Made by a program: the position numbers and the translations under genes
In this document: positions 52,398-63,921 of the stretch, piece after piece
Layout: each line of letters opens with the position of its first letter
Position numbering within the stretch: position 1 is the stretch's first letter
Origin: Eledone cirrhosa
Taxonomy: Eukaryota
DNA length: 64,000 nt
Assembly (NCBI GenBank): GCA_964016885.1
Contig: OZ024741.1
Coordinates: 195,920,001-195,984,000, forward strand
Reading direction: 5' to 3'
Notes under the pieces: generated by a model
The model's input: the letters and a program-made list of their open reading frames with translations, nothing else
What the model was told of the DNA's origin: nothing
Database searches by the model: none

Positions 52398-52738
52398 AGG
52401 CTGACTATGCGTACTAGAAATTGCTGCGAAAAATGTTTTTTCCAAAGCACATATATCTTTAACAAAGGCATATATAGTGGGCGTCTGTATGGTATAACGT
52501 GTGGACAGAAATTTCAGTTAGCAATTAGAAACATTAAACTTAAGTTTAGAGTTATAGGATGAAATTAGGAAAACAAGGTTTAAGGTTTGGGTTGTGAGAT
52601 TTAGTTAAAGAATTTACAGAAAGAGTCTTTTATGAAAACGTTTAAGTGTATTATAGATAGTCTCGATAAGTTTTCAGGGTAGGATATAGAGTAAAGATTA
52701 AGCCCTTGTTTAGCTGTCAATAACCAACGACGACTGCA
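52398..52738. mobile_element. 341-bp insertion of unknown class with 4-bp target duplication
   Basis: Absent from the right arm of the fold-back (GCCACGATCCCGG intact); flanked by AATC (52394-97) and GATC (52739-42); contains degenerate ttaggg-like tracts. Confidence 0.55.
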
Positions 52739-54281
52739 GATCCCGGCCAGCCCTCCCTAACCACGTATCAGTCGTTCCGAGTAATATCGTCTAGCAAAAG
52801 AAATGGAAATTAATTTATCCAAGCACTCCAGGAATGTAACTGTCTTAGGCGCCAGGTGTGCTGGCGGGAAGTCCGCCATCGCCGTCAGGCCATCGTCTAT
52901 ACCAAACAAATACTATTAATTCACACAGGAGGGGGGATTTAGTTACGTGCCAGTAGAGGGAGGCATGATACAGCTAATAGTTATGATTAAGCCTAGAATT
53001 TAAAGGTACTATTTGGCAGTCAAAGCCAGCAGCGCTGCGGGTTCCAAGTCCGACTGGGCCCCGGGGCGAATCAGCCGTTCCGTATCACCTGATACCATTC
53101 CATCTCTTCCATCCTCTATATCTATATGTATAACCTTGTATTATCTAACTGCACGTTGATCTATATTGTCTTTCCCCTGTGTTTTGATTTCTCCGATATG
53201 TTCTTATATACTTCCGTTTTACTCCATCACCACCCGAGTTATGACGGCGTTTTATTTATGTATTTTTATTTTAGTATTTTGCTTTTTATTTATGTGTTTT
53301 TATTTTTGTATTTTGCTTTTTATTTTTTTTTTTTTGCTTATTATTCCTTCTATTTAGGTATTTACTCGCTTTACTCTCATTATATACTTATCATTGTGCT
53401 CATTAGCACACGACCCTAGAATATTACTCTCTGTACCCTTATATCTGTTTATCTTTATTCACTCCCCCTACCCACCCAAGAACTACACTACCTATAACCC
53501 GGACTAACTGGGGACTAAATATAGTCTATTTGCACATTTCATCGGGTTTTACCACTTCAACCTCATATCACAGGTGTGAATATATAATAATCGTTTGGTA
53601 ACACGCGATGATCCGACGGATGTGGCGGCTTTCCCGACTGCGCGCCAGGTGCTCGGGTGGATAAGCCTTCCTTGAGTGCTTGGAAAAATAAATTTCCCCT
53701 TCTTTCGGTAAACAAAATTACTCGGAACGGCTGCTTCGCCCCGGGGCCCAGTCAAACTTGGAACCCGCAGCGCCGCTGGCTTTGACCGCCAAATAGTACC
53801 TTTAAATTCTAGGCTTAATCATAACTATTAGCTGTATCATGCCTCCCTCTACTGGCACGTAACTAAATCCCCCCTCCTGTGTGAATTAATAGTATTTGTT
53901 TGGTATAGACGATGGCCTGACGGCAATGGCGGACTTCCCGCCAGCACACCTGGCGCCTAAGACAGTTACATTCCTGGAGTGCTTGGATAAATTAATTTCC
54001 ATTTCTTTTGCTAGATGATATTACTCGGAACGACTGATATGTAGTTAGGGAGGGCTGGCCGGGATCGTGGCATGACCTCAACACTGACATTTCTCTTTGA
54101 TGGGGAGGTAGTAGCACATTATAAGCTTACGCCCCCTCACCAGATGGTCATAAGTAGACTTAATAATCAACACTCAAGGGCGGCCAACTGAGGTAGAAGC
54201 TGCTAAATGGTTGGTCGTCCTCTTGTCTCTGATTTTCAGCTCCATGGATTTTATCTGTTATATTCCTTTGTTATATTTTGA

Positions 54282-54339
54282 ATACCTGATGATATCACCG
54301 GATTCATACTGAACCCGGTCATTGAAACGATCAAAGTAT
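54282..54339 (+). ncRNA. Degenerate hammerhead motif in the fold-back right arm
   Basis: ATAC-CTGATGA-tatcACCGG attcatactgaac CCGGTcatt-GAAA-cgatcaaa-GTAT; the stem III/UH site is not canonical. Confidence 0.45.
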
Positions 54340-54469
54340 AATAAACCTTTCAAGGATTTACACCAGTCCAGCCTCCTGTTATTTTATATATATATATGTG
54401 TGTGTGTATACATATATATATATGTGTGTATACATATATATATATGTATGTATACATATATATATATGT

Positions 54470-54499
<30 letters not shown>

Positions 54500-54500
<1 letters not shown>

Positions 54501-55020
54501 GTAATAATAATAAATTTGAAGACTAAAATCCAAAGAGGGCTCGATAAGGATAAATATATATCAAATATATAAGAACCGTAGAGCAAATATTTATTAAAAT
54601 AACAGATTAAAGTTTAAGCAAAGAATCGCTGCTTTCACCCTTAACGGGATCTTCTGAAACTAACAAAGTCAATCTGTAAACGCAGAACTAGATATTTAAA
54701 AAAACGTTGCAACCGGAGGAAGACAGGAAGACGATACTTTGGTTCGTGGAAACGTTCGCTGGCTAAGAACGGGAAAAAACGAATATACGTCATTAATAGG
54801 AGTGGTGAAAAACAATTACGCACAAAGACAGAACCACGTTTATGGTATAATAGAGGTCGTAGACTAATGTTCTCTTAGGTGGTGCATAGAGACGTTCTCT
54901 GGCGATGAACGAAAAAAACGAAGATAATACGTCATATGTGGAGCGTGGAGAACAATAGCACGCAAAGACAAAACCACGTAAATGGTATAGCAGAAGTCGT
55001 AGACTAAATTCTAACTAGGA
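54500..55020 (-). mobile_element. PLE pseudo-LTR/3' tail with CAGAAGA hammerhead-like motif (54601-54677), ending in (TA)n
   Basis: Shares sequence with 830-925 (inverted) and 1025-1074; contains a diverged ~140-bp tandem duplication (~54750-55015). Confidence 0.55.
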
Positions 55021-55663
55021 GACCGAATGAATCTCCGCTACGGAGTTAAGAAAAAAGTAAATAAATATATACTCACCAAAACTATTTATATATACACAAC
55101 TAACTTCTTATAATATAATAAAATATACTTATAACTGCAATCTTCATAATGTTGAAAAGCATCCGTAGAATAGACCCAATTGTATATATAAATACAGGAT
55201 ATCTCTCACATTTTGAATTAATATTCTCTCTCTTTAACACATTTATTTATAATTCACACATTATATTATAAATACTTTCAAAATATATAATTAAATAATT
55301 GAAAAAATAAAAATAAATATAATTATTTCATTCTCTCTACACCCTTGCAAATATGTTTCGGACAATTGTATACGTACATTCCTATAGATATTCTGTTAGT
55401 AGCTTTAATATTTTTTTTCTTAAAATCTTTTCTTAAATTTTCTTCCACCCTAATAATAACCCCTATTTCCTTTTCTTATTAAAAAAATAATCTTAATAAT
55501 TATTTAAATATACCTAGCATCTAAACACAATGATTTTTTCAGTTTTAACGTTATCCTCATTAGCATATTCATCTTTAAATTTAAAGTTTTGTTCACTATT
55601 CAAATAGAACTCACAACATTAAGTTCTTGTCTGAATATGTCATTATCTATAAACCAATTTTTG

Positions 55664-55724
55664 TATTTTATCTGATGAGAGTGTACCAAAATTTTGGTAC
55701 CCTTGAAATATATATAATAAAATA
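55664..55724 (+). ncRNA. Type I minimal hammerhead ribozyme (PLE type)
   Basis: TATTTTAT-CTGATGA-GAGtGTACC aaaatttt GGTACcCTT-GAAA-TATATA-TA-ATAAAATA: complete core, 8-bp stem I, stem II hairpin, palindromic stem III, UA cleavage site. A 3'-half copy is at ~51431-51490. Confidence 0.8.
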
Positions 55725-55765
55725 AATATGGTTTTATAAAGATAGCTTCCATTTATTAATATTAT

Positions 55766-55768
<3 letters not shown>

Positions 55769-55862
<94 letters not shown>
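55769..55862 (+). repeat. (TA)n(GA)n compound microsatellite
   Basis: Directly visible. Confidence 0.9.
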
Positions 55863-55994
55863 ATAGAAATGGCTGTGTAGTTGCTATTTAAGGTAGCTTA
55901 AAATGGAGTGGGAATAAGAAGGAAGCAAGAACGGGGGGGGGGGAGTTTCCCTCATCAGTTGTCTACTGGGCGTCTCGGATATTCCTACGCTTTA

Positions 55995-57419
55995 AAGACA
56001 ATATATCTCTCAGAACTCATCTGGTCCTTAAAAGACAAAAACATTATTAATTACAAAATTTCTTGGAGAAAAATTTGCAACGCTTCTCCTTATTTCAATG
56101 CTTCCCTATCCAGAACTTGTAATTTATGCCTAGCGGAAAAATTTACCATTATCTTTAATTTTAACTCTATAATAAATAGACGCACAGATTTATTTTCGTT
56201 TTGCATCCATAAATCGCGTAGGTCATTTCACAAAGTATACAGCTAATATCTTACTCCATAATTAAGATTAAAACCTTTTTCTCACACAAATATATTTCTT
56301 TTACACATATCCCTTTTTCTACCATATTTCAGTGCATTCCACAAAGTTCATTCATACTATAAAATTTTTGGTCCCCTAATTGTTTAATTTTTTTAATTTC
56401 TTTTAATAATTTTTTGTAATTTTTTTAACCTTTTAATTCACTATAGCAAATTCCTTTAACTTCTTGGCGATACAAAATTTTTCTTTTAAATAGTTCATCC
56501 TTATATCATTTTTTTTCTCAATATTACCTTTTAAGTAGCTATATTTCCCAATTTTTTTACGTCAAATCTATTAATATTAGCATTAGATGAATTTTGTAAA
56601 CAAATTTTTGACGTAATATTTTTTCTTCCTCATATTTTTTCGTTTTTCTCTCTTTCCATGCCTGTATTAACTTAAATAATTACTTTTTCTATTACAATCT
56701 ATTGAAACAAACTAAGACCCTATATCGTCTTCTAAGCTTATAAATCATTTAATTTTATTTTCAATCACCTTATCTTATTTCACTTTATTTTATCTTAATA
56801 AATTTTTGCACTCCTTAATAAATCCTTCACTATTTAAACCCTAAATAAAAAGTATACTTAATTTCTATATCTGTAATCATAAGCATCATCATCCATAAAC
56901 CTCATTAACTTTTAAATTTAAAATCTTATTAATTTATTTAATTTATTTATAAATTTACAACCGTTTTTTCAGTTATTTCTCTGTGGAGACAGCGTTTCTC
57001 AGTTTAAATGTTTATCTCTCTCTCTTTCTCTCTCCTTCCTCCTTCTTATACTCTTCCTCCGTTATCCTTTCCTTCTTTTTTCTTTTTTCCTTTCTTCCTC
57101 TTCCTTACTTTTCTCCCCTTCCTTTCCTTTTCCCCAATCTCCTGTATCCTTTAAATTTATTTATCATATGTTGTTTAGATGCTACCTTGCTCACAAGTGT
57201 TTTTTTAAGTTTCATATCATGTCTCCCTATTTTATCTGATGAGAACGCAAATATCGTCCCAGGATGATATTTGTTTTTGAAATGCGCATAATAAAATACA
57301 TGGAACTTTTTTAACCATCTTTTAATTTATTCTTATATATACTCCAGTCCAATAAACTGTTAAGTGCTACTTATCCGATATTTGCATTGCTTTATTGTGC
57401 TACAATAAAACTCACCTCC

Positions 57420-57420
<1 letters not shown>
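55995..57420 (+). mobile_element. 5'-truncated PLE 3' end (GIY-YIG C-terminus + 3' UTR with hammerhead)
   Basis: LSELIWSLKDKNIINYKISWRKICNASPYF..SRTCNLCLAEKFTII...INRRTDLFSFCIHK* is homologous to the C-terminus of the 61837-63921 ORF; followed by an AT-rich UTR, a hammerhead and the (TA)n array. Confidence 0.8.
57228..57298 (+). ncRNA. Type I minimal hammerhead ribozyme (PLE type)
   Basis: TATTTTAT-CTGATGA-GAAcGCAAATATCGTC ccag GATGATATTTGTtTTT-GAAA-TGCGCA-TA-ATAAAATA: complete core, long stem II, palindromic stem III ATGCGCAT. Confidence 0.85.
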
Positions 57421-57422
<2 letters not shown>

Positions 57423-57466
<44 letters not shown>

Positions 57467-57531
57467 GTGTATATATATATGTATATATATATATATGTAT
57501 ATATATGTATATATATATATGTATATATATG

Positions 57532-57566
<35 letters not shown>

Positions 57567-57783
57567 GTATATATATATATGTATATATATGTATATATAT
57601 ATGTATATATATATGTGTATATATATGTATATATGTATATATATATATGTGTATATATATGTATATATATATATATATATATGTGTATATATATGTATAT
57701 ATATATATATATGTGTATATATATGTATATATATATATATATATATGTGTATATATATGTATATATATATATATATATATGTG

Positions 57784-57815
<32 letters not shown>

Positions 57816-57849
57816 TATGTGTATATATATATATGTATATATATATGTG

Positions 57850-57881
<32 letters not shown>

Positions 57882-57889
57882 TGTGTATA

Positions 57890-57974
<85 letters not shown>

Positions 57975-57977
57975 ATA

Positions 57978-58022
<45 letters not shown>

Positions 58023-58047
58023 ATATATATGTATATATGTGTATATA

Positions 58048-58090
<43 letters not shown>

Positions 58091-58161
58091 ATATATATGT
58101 ATGTATATATGTATATATATATATATATATGTGTGTATATATATATATATGTGTGTATATA

Positions 58162-58208
<47 letters not shown>

Positions 58209-58327
58209 ATATATATGTATGTATATATGTATATATATATATATATATATGTGTGTATATATATGTATGTATATATGTATATATATATATATATATATGT
58301 GTGTATATATATGTATGTATATATGTA

Positions 58328-58358
<31 letters not shown>

Positions 58359-58361
58359 ATA

Positions 58362-58406
<45 letters not shown>

Positions 58407-58495
58407 ATATATATGTATGTATATATGTATATATATGTATGTATATATGTATATATATATATATATATATGTGTGTATATATATGTATGTATATA

Positions 58496-58528
<33 letters not shown>

Positions 58529-58575
58529 ATATATATATATATATATATGTATATGTATATATGTATATATATATA

Positions 58576-58608
<33 letters not shown>

Positions 58609-58610
58609 GT
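57423..58610. repeat. ~1.2 kb (TA)n/(TATG) microsatellite
   Basis: Almost pure TA with TG interruptions. Confidence 0.95.
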
Positions 58611-58802
58611 AGATAAATCTACCAAAAGTTTACGGTAGTGTCCAATCCGTATGAAGAACTCAATGTAATCCGGATATCATGAAAAGAGATGCATTCAAAA
58701 ATCACTTTCGGTGAAAGATAAACGGAAAACAGAGTCAAGATAAATTATTAAAAAAATAATGAATAAACAAAGAAACAGTTCCTTATATTAAACAAAAAAA
58801 GT

Positions 58803-58943
58803 TCATTATTTTACGATCGTTTCTAGGACATATATGTGTTAGAATTGGTATGCATATTCAAAAGATCTATGTACAAAATTATACAAACTATCAGAGAGAA
58901 TATACATACCTTCACATATATATGGTGTCTTCAGAAATAATGA
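58803..58943 (-). ncRNA. Hammerhead ribozyme motif with long stem II (PLE type)
   Basis: Minus strand TCATTATTT-CTGAAGA-[~104 nt with CATATATATGTG/CACATATATG and GGTATGTATATTC/GAATATGCATACC pairings]-GAAA-CGATCG-TA-AAATAATGA; the base of stem II is imperfect. Confidence 0.7.
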
Positions 58944-59189
58944 TGCTTGTTTATTGATAATAACAACAATTCAAAATAATAGGTCTGTTTGGGAACAGAT
59001 TTTGAATAGACCAATGAAATAAAGATTGAGATACATAAAAATTTATCAAGAAAATACAGTTAGGTGTGTATGTAAATACGCTCACAGATGTGCGTAAAAG
59101 TGTATGCTCATATGTATACGTATAGTGAAAAAGTGTATGTAAATATAAAATTTAGGGCTAATGTATCTGTATGTCTGTAATCAACAGAC

Positions 59190-59190
59190 A

Positions 59191-59232
<42 letters not shown>

Positions 59233-59670
59233 TAAGTATATGAATATTGAGGCGCTCACATAAACACGCCCACACACACTTACATTTAGATGCGGAAGTA
59301 AAAGAGGTAAGGGAGTATAGTAATTAAAGGAAAGTGTCAATCTCGACACACTTATAAAAATGTATCATTAAATTAGAAATAAAAAAAATTTTTTATAGAA
59401 GGAAAAAACTCAAGAAAAGAAGACAAAAAAAGGGGGGGGGGGTACGTACATACACAGACACGCATGTCTCGCAAAAGAAACATAAAAAAACATAAAAGAG
59501 AGACATAAAATATACATGCTTATATACACACGCACATTTACACATCCATACGTTCGATACGTACATACATACACACACACATACACATACTTACACTCAC
59601 GCATATTGACCTGTTTGTATGCACACACATAAAAATAAGTAAAACATATACTCATACATATAAATATACA

Positions 59671-59714
<44 letters not shown>

Positions 59715-59863
59715 TACCCATGTATATATACAACCACACACACACACACACTCAGACATACATATATATAGACATACACACACATATATACACAGTCAGA
59801 CACATATACACATATATACACATACATACACACATCTCTACACATACATGTACATATATATAT

Positions 59864-59912
<49 letters not shown>

Positions 59913-60000
59913 TACATATGTATTTTTATACTCACATACAAACACACATACATACATACACACTTACATACACATACACACATCCACGCTTACATATACA
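59190..60000. repeat. TA/CA microsatellite-rich low-complexity region
   Basis: Multiple (TA)n and (CA)/(CATA) runs. Confidence 0.8.
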
Positions 60001-60169
60001 TATAATTATTGGGGGGGGGGATTAAATTTATTAGTGGGAAATAGTAAATATATAGGTTTCAAGAAACATAGAATACTAACCTGCAGTTAAAGCTTAATAT
60101 GTGTTTACTTAGTGGTATCAGTTTTAGGAAATGGTATTTGTAAGAAGGAAAGCCAAATTATGTATTTTA

Positions 60170-61785
60170 ATATAAGTAGAATATTAATTATAGGTTAACT
60201 AAAATAAAAATAGTTAATATATTAATTTCTAAGGTGTATACTAATTAGGTTTATAATATTTAAAGCGGAATTTTGAAGTTAAACAGTAGTAGAGTATTAA
60301 TTATAGCATAACTAAATTAAAAATAATTACATATATTTACATGATGGTATCAATTTTAGGAAATGAATTTTGTAAGAGGGAAAGCCAAATTAAGTAGTTC
60401 ATCGGTAGTAGATTATTAATTATAGGTTAACTAAATTAAAAATTATATATTAATTTCTATAGTATATGTTAATTAGGTTTATAATATTTAAAGCAGAATT
60501 TTGTATTTTATCTATAGTAGAATTTTAATTATAGGTTAACTAAATTTAAATTAATCTATATATTAATTTGTAAAGTGTATATTAATTAGGTATATATTTA
60601 AAAGTATTTCTCAGTTTATGATTACACGATATTTTGCATTTCATCTGTATTAGAATTTTAATTATAAGTTAACTAAATTAAAATCATAGGTTAACTAAAT
60701 TAAAATTAATTTATATATTAATTTCTAAATTGTATATTAATTAGGTTTATAATATTAAAAAGTTTTTCTCCGTTTTTAATTACACGATATTTTGTTGTAT
60801 TTCATCTGTAATAGAATTTTAATAATAGGTTAAATAAACTAAAATTAATCTATATATTAATTTCTAAAGTATATATTAATTAGGTTAATAATATTTAAAT
60901 GTTTTTCTCAGTTTATGATTATACGATATTTTTTATTTCATCTGTAGTAGAATTTTAATTAAATTAAAATTATAGGTTAACTACATTAAAATTAATTTAT
61001 ATATTAATTTCTAAAATATGTATTATTAATTAGGTTTATAATATTTAAATGTTTTTCTCAGTTTATGATTACACGATATTATTAATTCCTGTCGCTTATT
61101 TAATAGGATATCCTTAGATTTCATTATTTCAAATAGTTCTTGGGAACACAATCTACATTCATTTCTATTATTTTGATAAGGGGTGGCTCTTTTGAGCACA
61201 CTCCAGGTCATATCATATTCTATATTCCTCTTTCTATAACTATTAATTTTTTCTGCTAGAGATGTATTAGCCAGTGCAGCATTTTTAAAACTATGTTTGT
61301 GGGTATTAAATCTTACCTTAAAATTGTTAGAAGTAGCTCCTATATATGAGCAAATAGAATCCTTAGTTTTAACTTTACATTTATATACTATGTTGTTAAC
61401 AAGACAATTTCCTTTTAATGGGCAGTTTGCCTTGTTTCTACAGTTACAACCTTTCGTTAATTCTGTATTTGAGGAGATATTATGGCTAGTTTGATGTACT
61501 GGTGGTATACTTATGGTTTTTTTACATTTATATGCATTATAGGCACTTATATTTTGTTTTATGTTTTTGGTTGTTGAGTATGAGAATTTAACTGTTGATC
61601 TATTTAAGATTTGATGGTATTTGTGGTTTGGCGGGAAGTTTTTCTCTAGGATATTAAAGAATTTTTTAGGTATATTATCCTTAATTTGTAAATTAAATGG
61701 AGCATTATACCAAGTAACTCGTCTATTACGGTTTCTATGTTGTTTATTGTTTTTATAGGATGCATCCTGATGTTTACTAGGAGGA
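60170..61785 (-). mobile_element. Inverted copy (pseudo-LTR) of the 3' part of the adjacent PLE, including 3'-UTR tandem repeats
   Basis: 60947-61785 is the reverse complement of 63162-64000; the minus ORF 61026-61817 reproduces PPSKHQ...KYYKPN identically. Confidence 0.92.
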
Positions 61786-63921
61786 AATCTAAAAAAAATC
61801 CATGTCCACTCGGACAAAACTGGAAACCTATATCACATGGATATTGAAAATTACGATGAGTTCATATATAAAGAACTCAGGAAAAATTATAGAAAAACAA
61901 ATAATGCGTCACTCACCAACATCAACAACAAAACACACAACATAGTGAATAAACTAAATATTGAAGATAGAACTGAACCTTTGGCATTGAAAAGACCACA
62001 CTTCAACCTGAAAGATCATAAATCAAACTTTAACTCTAATCCTTCTATAAGACTTATATGTCCCTCCAAATCAGATATTGGAATAATTAACAAAAAAATT
62101 TTAGATAGAGTCATCCCACAAATAAGAAAACATGTTAATTTACCACTCTGGGAAAACACTTCCCAGGTAATTAACTGGTTTAATAATATTAGATGTAAAT
62201 CCTCTGCTTCATTTCTACAATTTGATATAGATAATTACTATTCTTCTATATCACCTATACTCCTGAACAAAGCTTTGATATTTGCTAAAAATAGATCTAA
62301 CTTAACTTTGGATGACATTAATATTATTACACATGCTAGACTAACACTAATTGAATTTCAGAATGAATACTGGACCAGAAACACATATAGTAATCTATTT
62401 GATATTACTATGGGCTCAAGCGATTCTGCCCAAATTACTGATCTTGTGGGCCTCTTTCTTCTTTTTAACATAAATGCTTCCTTTCCCCACCTTAAAGGTG
62501 GTTTATATCGTGATGACTGTCTTCTTCTTTCCAATAACCTTAGCCTCTCAGGGATAGAAAAAAACAAAAAGCTTATTAGAACTTTCCTTAAAGACTATTA
62601 TAGTCTAGATATTACTTTTGAAAACACAAGTAAAGTAGTTAATTTCCTAGATATAACATTAGACTTAGCTACGGGTATCTACAAACCTTACCATAAACCC
62701 AACCAAAATTTACACTACATACACTCACAATCTAATCACCCTAAATCTATCCTTAAAAACCTTGCATATAATATATCACTTAGAATTTCTAACCTTTCGT
62801 CTAACCAAGATGTATTTGATAAAAGTGCGACCTTTTATAACGAAGCTCTAGCTAGAAGTGGCCACAAAAATAGATTGGAATATATAACTTCTACTAATAA
62901 CACTATAAACATACAACCTAATATTACCAACAAACACCAAATGAAACGTACACACCTTAATGCCACTCACACTATACCCCAAAATACCAACATAAAACCA
63001 AATTTCTCTAACTCCTCTAATATAAAGTATAGTAACTCTCAAAAAACTACTCATCCTACAACTCTAATAAATGTTAATAATAAAACTCCTAATAAACAAG
63101 CTAAAACACCTAAATCAATAAATCTAACTAAAAATGTGCGTGGAGAGGTCATTAACAATAATCCTCCTAGTAAACATCAGGATGCATCCTATAAAAACAA
63201 TAAACAACATAGAAACCGTAATAGACGAGTTACTTGGTATAATGCTCCATTTAATTTACAAATTAAGGATAATATACCTAAAAAATTCTTTAATATCCTA
63301 GAGAAAAACTTCCCGCCAAACCACAAATACCATCAAATCTTAAATAGATCAACAGTTAAATTCTCATACTCAACAACCAAAAACATAAAACAAAATATAA
63401 GTGCCTATAATGCATATAAATGTAAAAAAACCATAAGTATACCACCAGTACATCAAACTAGCCATAATATCTCCTCAAATACAGAATTAACGAAAGGTTG
63501 TAACTGTAGAAACAAGGCAAACTGCCCATTAAAAGGAAATTGTCTTGTTAACAACATAGTATATAAATGTAAAGTTAAAACTAAGGATTCTATTTGCTCA
63601 TATATAGGAGCTACTTCTAACAATTTTAAGGTAAGATTTAATACCCACAAACATAGTTTTAAAAATGCTGCACTGGCTAATACATCTCTAGCAGAAAAAA
63701 TTAATAGTTATAGAAAGAGGAATATAGAATATGATATGACCTGGAGTGTGCTCAAAAGAGCCACCCCTTATCAAAATAATAGAAATGAATGTAGATTGTG
63801 TTCCCAAGAACTATTTGAAATAATGAAATCTAAGGATATCCTATTAAATAAGCGACAGGAATTAATAATATCGTGTAATCATAAACTGAGAAAAACATTT
63901 AAATATTATAAACCTAATTAA
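61786..63921 (+). CDS. Penelope-like retroelement RT + C-terminal GIY-YIG endonuclease ORF (5'-truncated; possibly Hydra clade)
   Basis: Open from the inversion junction (NLKKIHVHSDKTGNLYHM..., first ATG 61837). Motifs QFDIDNYYSSI, FDITMGSSDSAQITDLVG, GLYRDD, thumb VNFLDITL, VTWYNAPF, CNCRNKANCPLKGNC, GIY-YIG IVYKC...YIGAT...FKVRF..H and CRLC; no internal stops. Confidence 0.93.
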   Translation, partial: NLKKIHVHSDKTGNLYHMDIENYDEFIYKELRKNYRKTNNASLTNINNKTHNIVNKLNIEDRTEPLALKRPHFNLKDHKSNFNSNPSIRLICPSKSDIGIINKKILDRVIPQIRKHVNLPLWENTSQVINWFNNIRCKSSASFLQFDIDNYYSSISPILLNKALIFAKNRSNLTLDDINIITHARLTLIEFQNEYWTRNTYSNLFDITMGSSDSAQITDLVGLFLLFNINASFPHLKGGLYRDDCLLLSNNLSLSGIEKNKKLIRTFLKDYYSLDITFENTSKVVNFLDITLDLATGIYKPYHKPNQNLHYIHSQSNHPKSILKNLAYNISLRISNLSSNQDVFDKSATFYNEALARSGHKNRLEYITSTNNTINIQPNITNKHQMKRTHLNATHTIPQNTNIKPNFSNSSNIKYSNSQKTTHPTTLINVNNKTPNKQAKTPKSINLTKNVRGEVINNNPPSKHQDASYKNNKQHRNRNRRVTWYNAPFNLQIKDNIPKKFFNILEKNFPPNHKYHQILNRSTVKFSYSTTKNIKQNISAYNAYKCKKTISIPPVHQTSHNISSNTELTKGCNCRNKANCPLKGNCLVNNIVYKCKVKTKDSICSYIGATSNNFKVRFNTHKHSFKNAALANTSLAEKINSYRKRNIEYDMTWSVLKRATPYQNNRNECRLCSQELFEIMKSKDILLNKRQELIISCNHKLRKTFKYYKPN

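Larger units (their letters stand above)
51743..54388. mobile_element. Fold-back non-autonomous PLE-like element with ~0.67 kb inverted arms
   Basis: Left arm 51743-53082 (interrupted by a SINE and a 341-bp insert) is the reverse complement of right arm 53723-54388. Each outer end has a CTGATGA...GAAA motif and the right end abuts (TA)n. Confidence 0.75.

Noticed and set aside
55925-55970. Minus-strand CTGATGAGGGAAACTC as another hammerhead
   Set aside because: No stem II followed by GAAA, no stem III and no stem I partner could be built.
57387-58638. ~400-aa YIYI ORFs on both strands
   Set aside because: They are translations of a (TA)n/(TG) microsatellite.
61026-61817. Independent GIY-YIG endonuclease gene divergent from an RT gene
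   Set aside because: It is the inverted duplicate of the PLE ORF 3' end; its first 11 residues come from antisense sequence across the junction.
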